Assembly: GCF_020745735.1 (NCBI RefSeq)
Contig: NC_083409.1
Span: 12,957,259-13,021,258 of the forward strand
Source of the DNA: Hemiscyllium ocellatum
Taxonomy: Eukaryota
Length of the DNA: 64,000 bases
Direction: 5' to 3'
Below the pieces are notes generated by a model. That model saw nothing but the letters and a program-made list of their open reading frames with translations. It was not told the DNA's origin and did no database searches. Shown here piece by piece: positions 62,316 to 64,000 of this stretch (position 1 is the first letter of the stretch; each line of letters opens with the position of its first letter). Both the position numbers and the translations under genes were made by a program.

Positions 62316-64000
62316 TGCACTGGATAGTCCAACATATGTTGAGCTGGGGTGAATTCTCCTTGCTGCTCATAGAAGTTGGGTTCTTGGCATTTTTTGGACT
62401 TCATCAAGGGGAAATTGTCATCAGTGAGCATTTGCTTTATTTAGTGTATGTGATTTTGGAAACTCTTCAGCTCTTGTATAATTGTGTGCTGTCTGCTGAT
62501 GTGCATGTGATGTCGTTGTCCTTTATTTTTCCTCTGGCATCCCAGAGAGCTACCAGCCATACGGTGGCTAGTGTGATGGTAGTCACTGATGAATCCTCTT
62601 GATGACTCAAATGGATTGGTAAACCCAAAGGACCTTTTAGGCCTTGGCAAGTATGTTGCGAAGCTGTTGTCTGGGTTGTCAGGTTTGGCAGGTTCATCAG
62701 CCTTTAGGCTGCTGTGTCCAGTCAGTACATTGTTGTTTAAATTTAAGAGTGGGAATGGTATTGTAGAAGATTGGCTTTTGGGAATAGTAGAGGGAACATG
62801 GGCCCATCCAGTAAGGATGACTGTTTATCCTCATGAAGGGCTTGTGCCGGAATCATGGAGTCTCCTCTTTGGATGCTGCCTGACATGCTGTGCTTTTCCA
62901 GTGCCACACTTTTCGACTCTGTTTATCCCTAATGCCGACTAAATCCTACAGATTGTTTAAAGCAGAGCTTCAGCAAACAGATACTTGATGGCATGAAATC
63001 TGCAGTGTTAAATGGTTGAAGTGATGTCTCATTTTGGCAGTTGTCAACATTTGTGATTGTGTAAATTTTGTGCTTTCAGTGCTCACGGGAAGTCATCAAA
63101 GAAAAGCACAAGCTCTTCATTGTTCCATTCCACTGTGAGTTCCATGTCTCAGAGCCCTTTTCAGAATGACGCAGTGATAACATCCAGAGAGGGGACAAGG
63201 CAGCTGCGTGCTACTACCTCCACACCTTCACCTTCTCTAGCCGACATCAGTGTTACTGCAGCCTGGCCCTCCACATCCTCTGCTGCAGGTTGGAACTCTC
63301 GGAATCATGTTTTCTGTAACTGTCATTGGTTTGTCCCAACCGTCTCCATTGGAGTAGTTTTTAAAAAAAAATAAAACCCTGAGTAAGTAGACAACCAAGT
63401 TGAAGTGACAGGCATAGTGATGACTGGATGAAATGGTGAGGGGCCACGTGGAAGCAGGTGCTTTTCCATTCAAGTGGTCGGATCCTGTCTGAGGAACATT
63501 AAGCAGAAGTAGGCTATTCGGCCTGTTGAGCCATCCCCTGTCATTCAGTACAATCATGGCTGATCAGTGCTTCAGTATCGTTTTAGCCACCCTGTTCCCA
63601 TCACCCCATACACTGTTGGAAATCAAATCCGTCAATTTTTACATAAAACATAATTGATGACTATGCTTTCACAACTCTCTGTGGCAGTGAACTCCAAAAG
63701 ATTCATGACCCTGAAGTAACAACAGAATTATCATCAGCTCAGACTTATGACATGGTCTCACTTATAAGTTGTCCCACCAGTCCTAGACTCCCCAACGGGG
63801 GAAACGTTACCTACATCTACCCTTTAAGTATTTTGTAGATTTCAATGAAATCAATTCAAAATGCTGGAGAATGCAGGTCCAGTTTTCCCAATCTCTCTCC
63901 ATGAGAATGTCCTAGAAACAAGTCTGGTGAACCTTTGTTGCATTCCTGATCATTCACCAGGACCCAAATACAATGATTGGGTTTGGATTTTCCGCACGCT

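Overview
This is eukaryotic, repeat-rich DNA from a cartilaginous fish. A shark is inferred from HE1-type SINEs and an NS4-like light chain; the species cannot be determined. The core feature is one unrearranged immunoglobulin kappa (NS4/type III) light-chain cluster on the + strand: promoter, leader exon (9730-9778), V exon (9947-10248) with a 12-RSS, J (10850-10884) with a 23-RSS, and C (20740-21068). A second, orphan C exon (31110-31437) follows it, with no V or intact J of its own and a 1-bp frameshift near its 3' end. Further downstream are a tandemly duplicated Tx1 fragment, a Penelope-like RT relic, a strong CTCF motif next to a ZNF143-like motif (41.1 kb), and a decayed retroviral env with its 3' LTR (43.3-45.8 kb). 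The window ends with 5' exons of CEP350 (57.5-61.1 kb). Its start-codon exon is tandemly duplicated and carries TTG where ATG is expected. Penelope terminal repeats with hammerhead-ribozyme cores are scattered throughout, several as head-to-head palindromes. There are no rRNA, true tRNA or CRISPR features. All alignments and counts were done by eye, comparisons to human CEP350 and nurse shark NS4 are from memory, and repeat boundaries are approximate.
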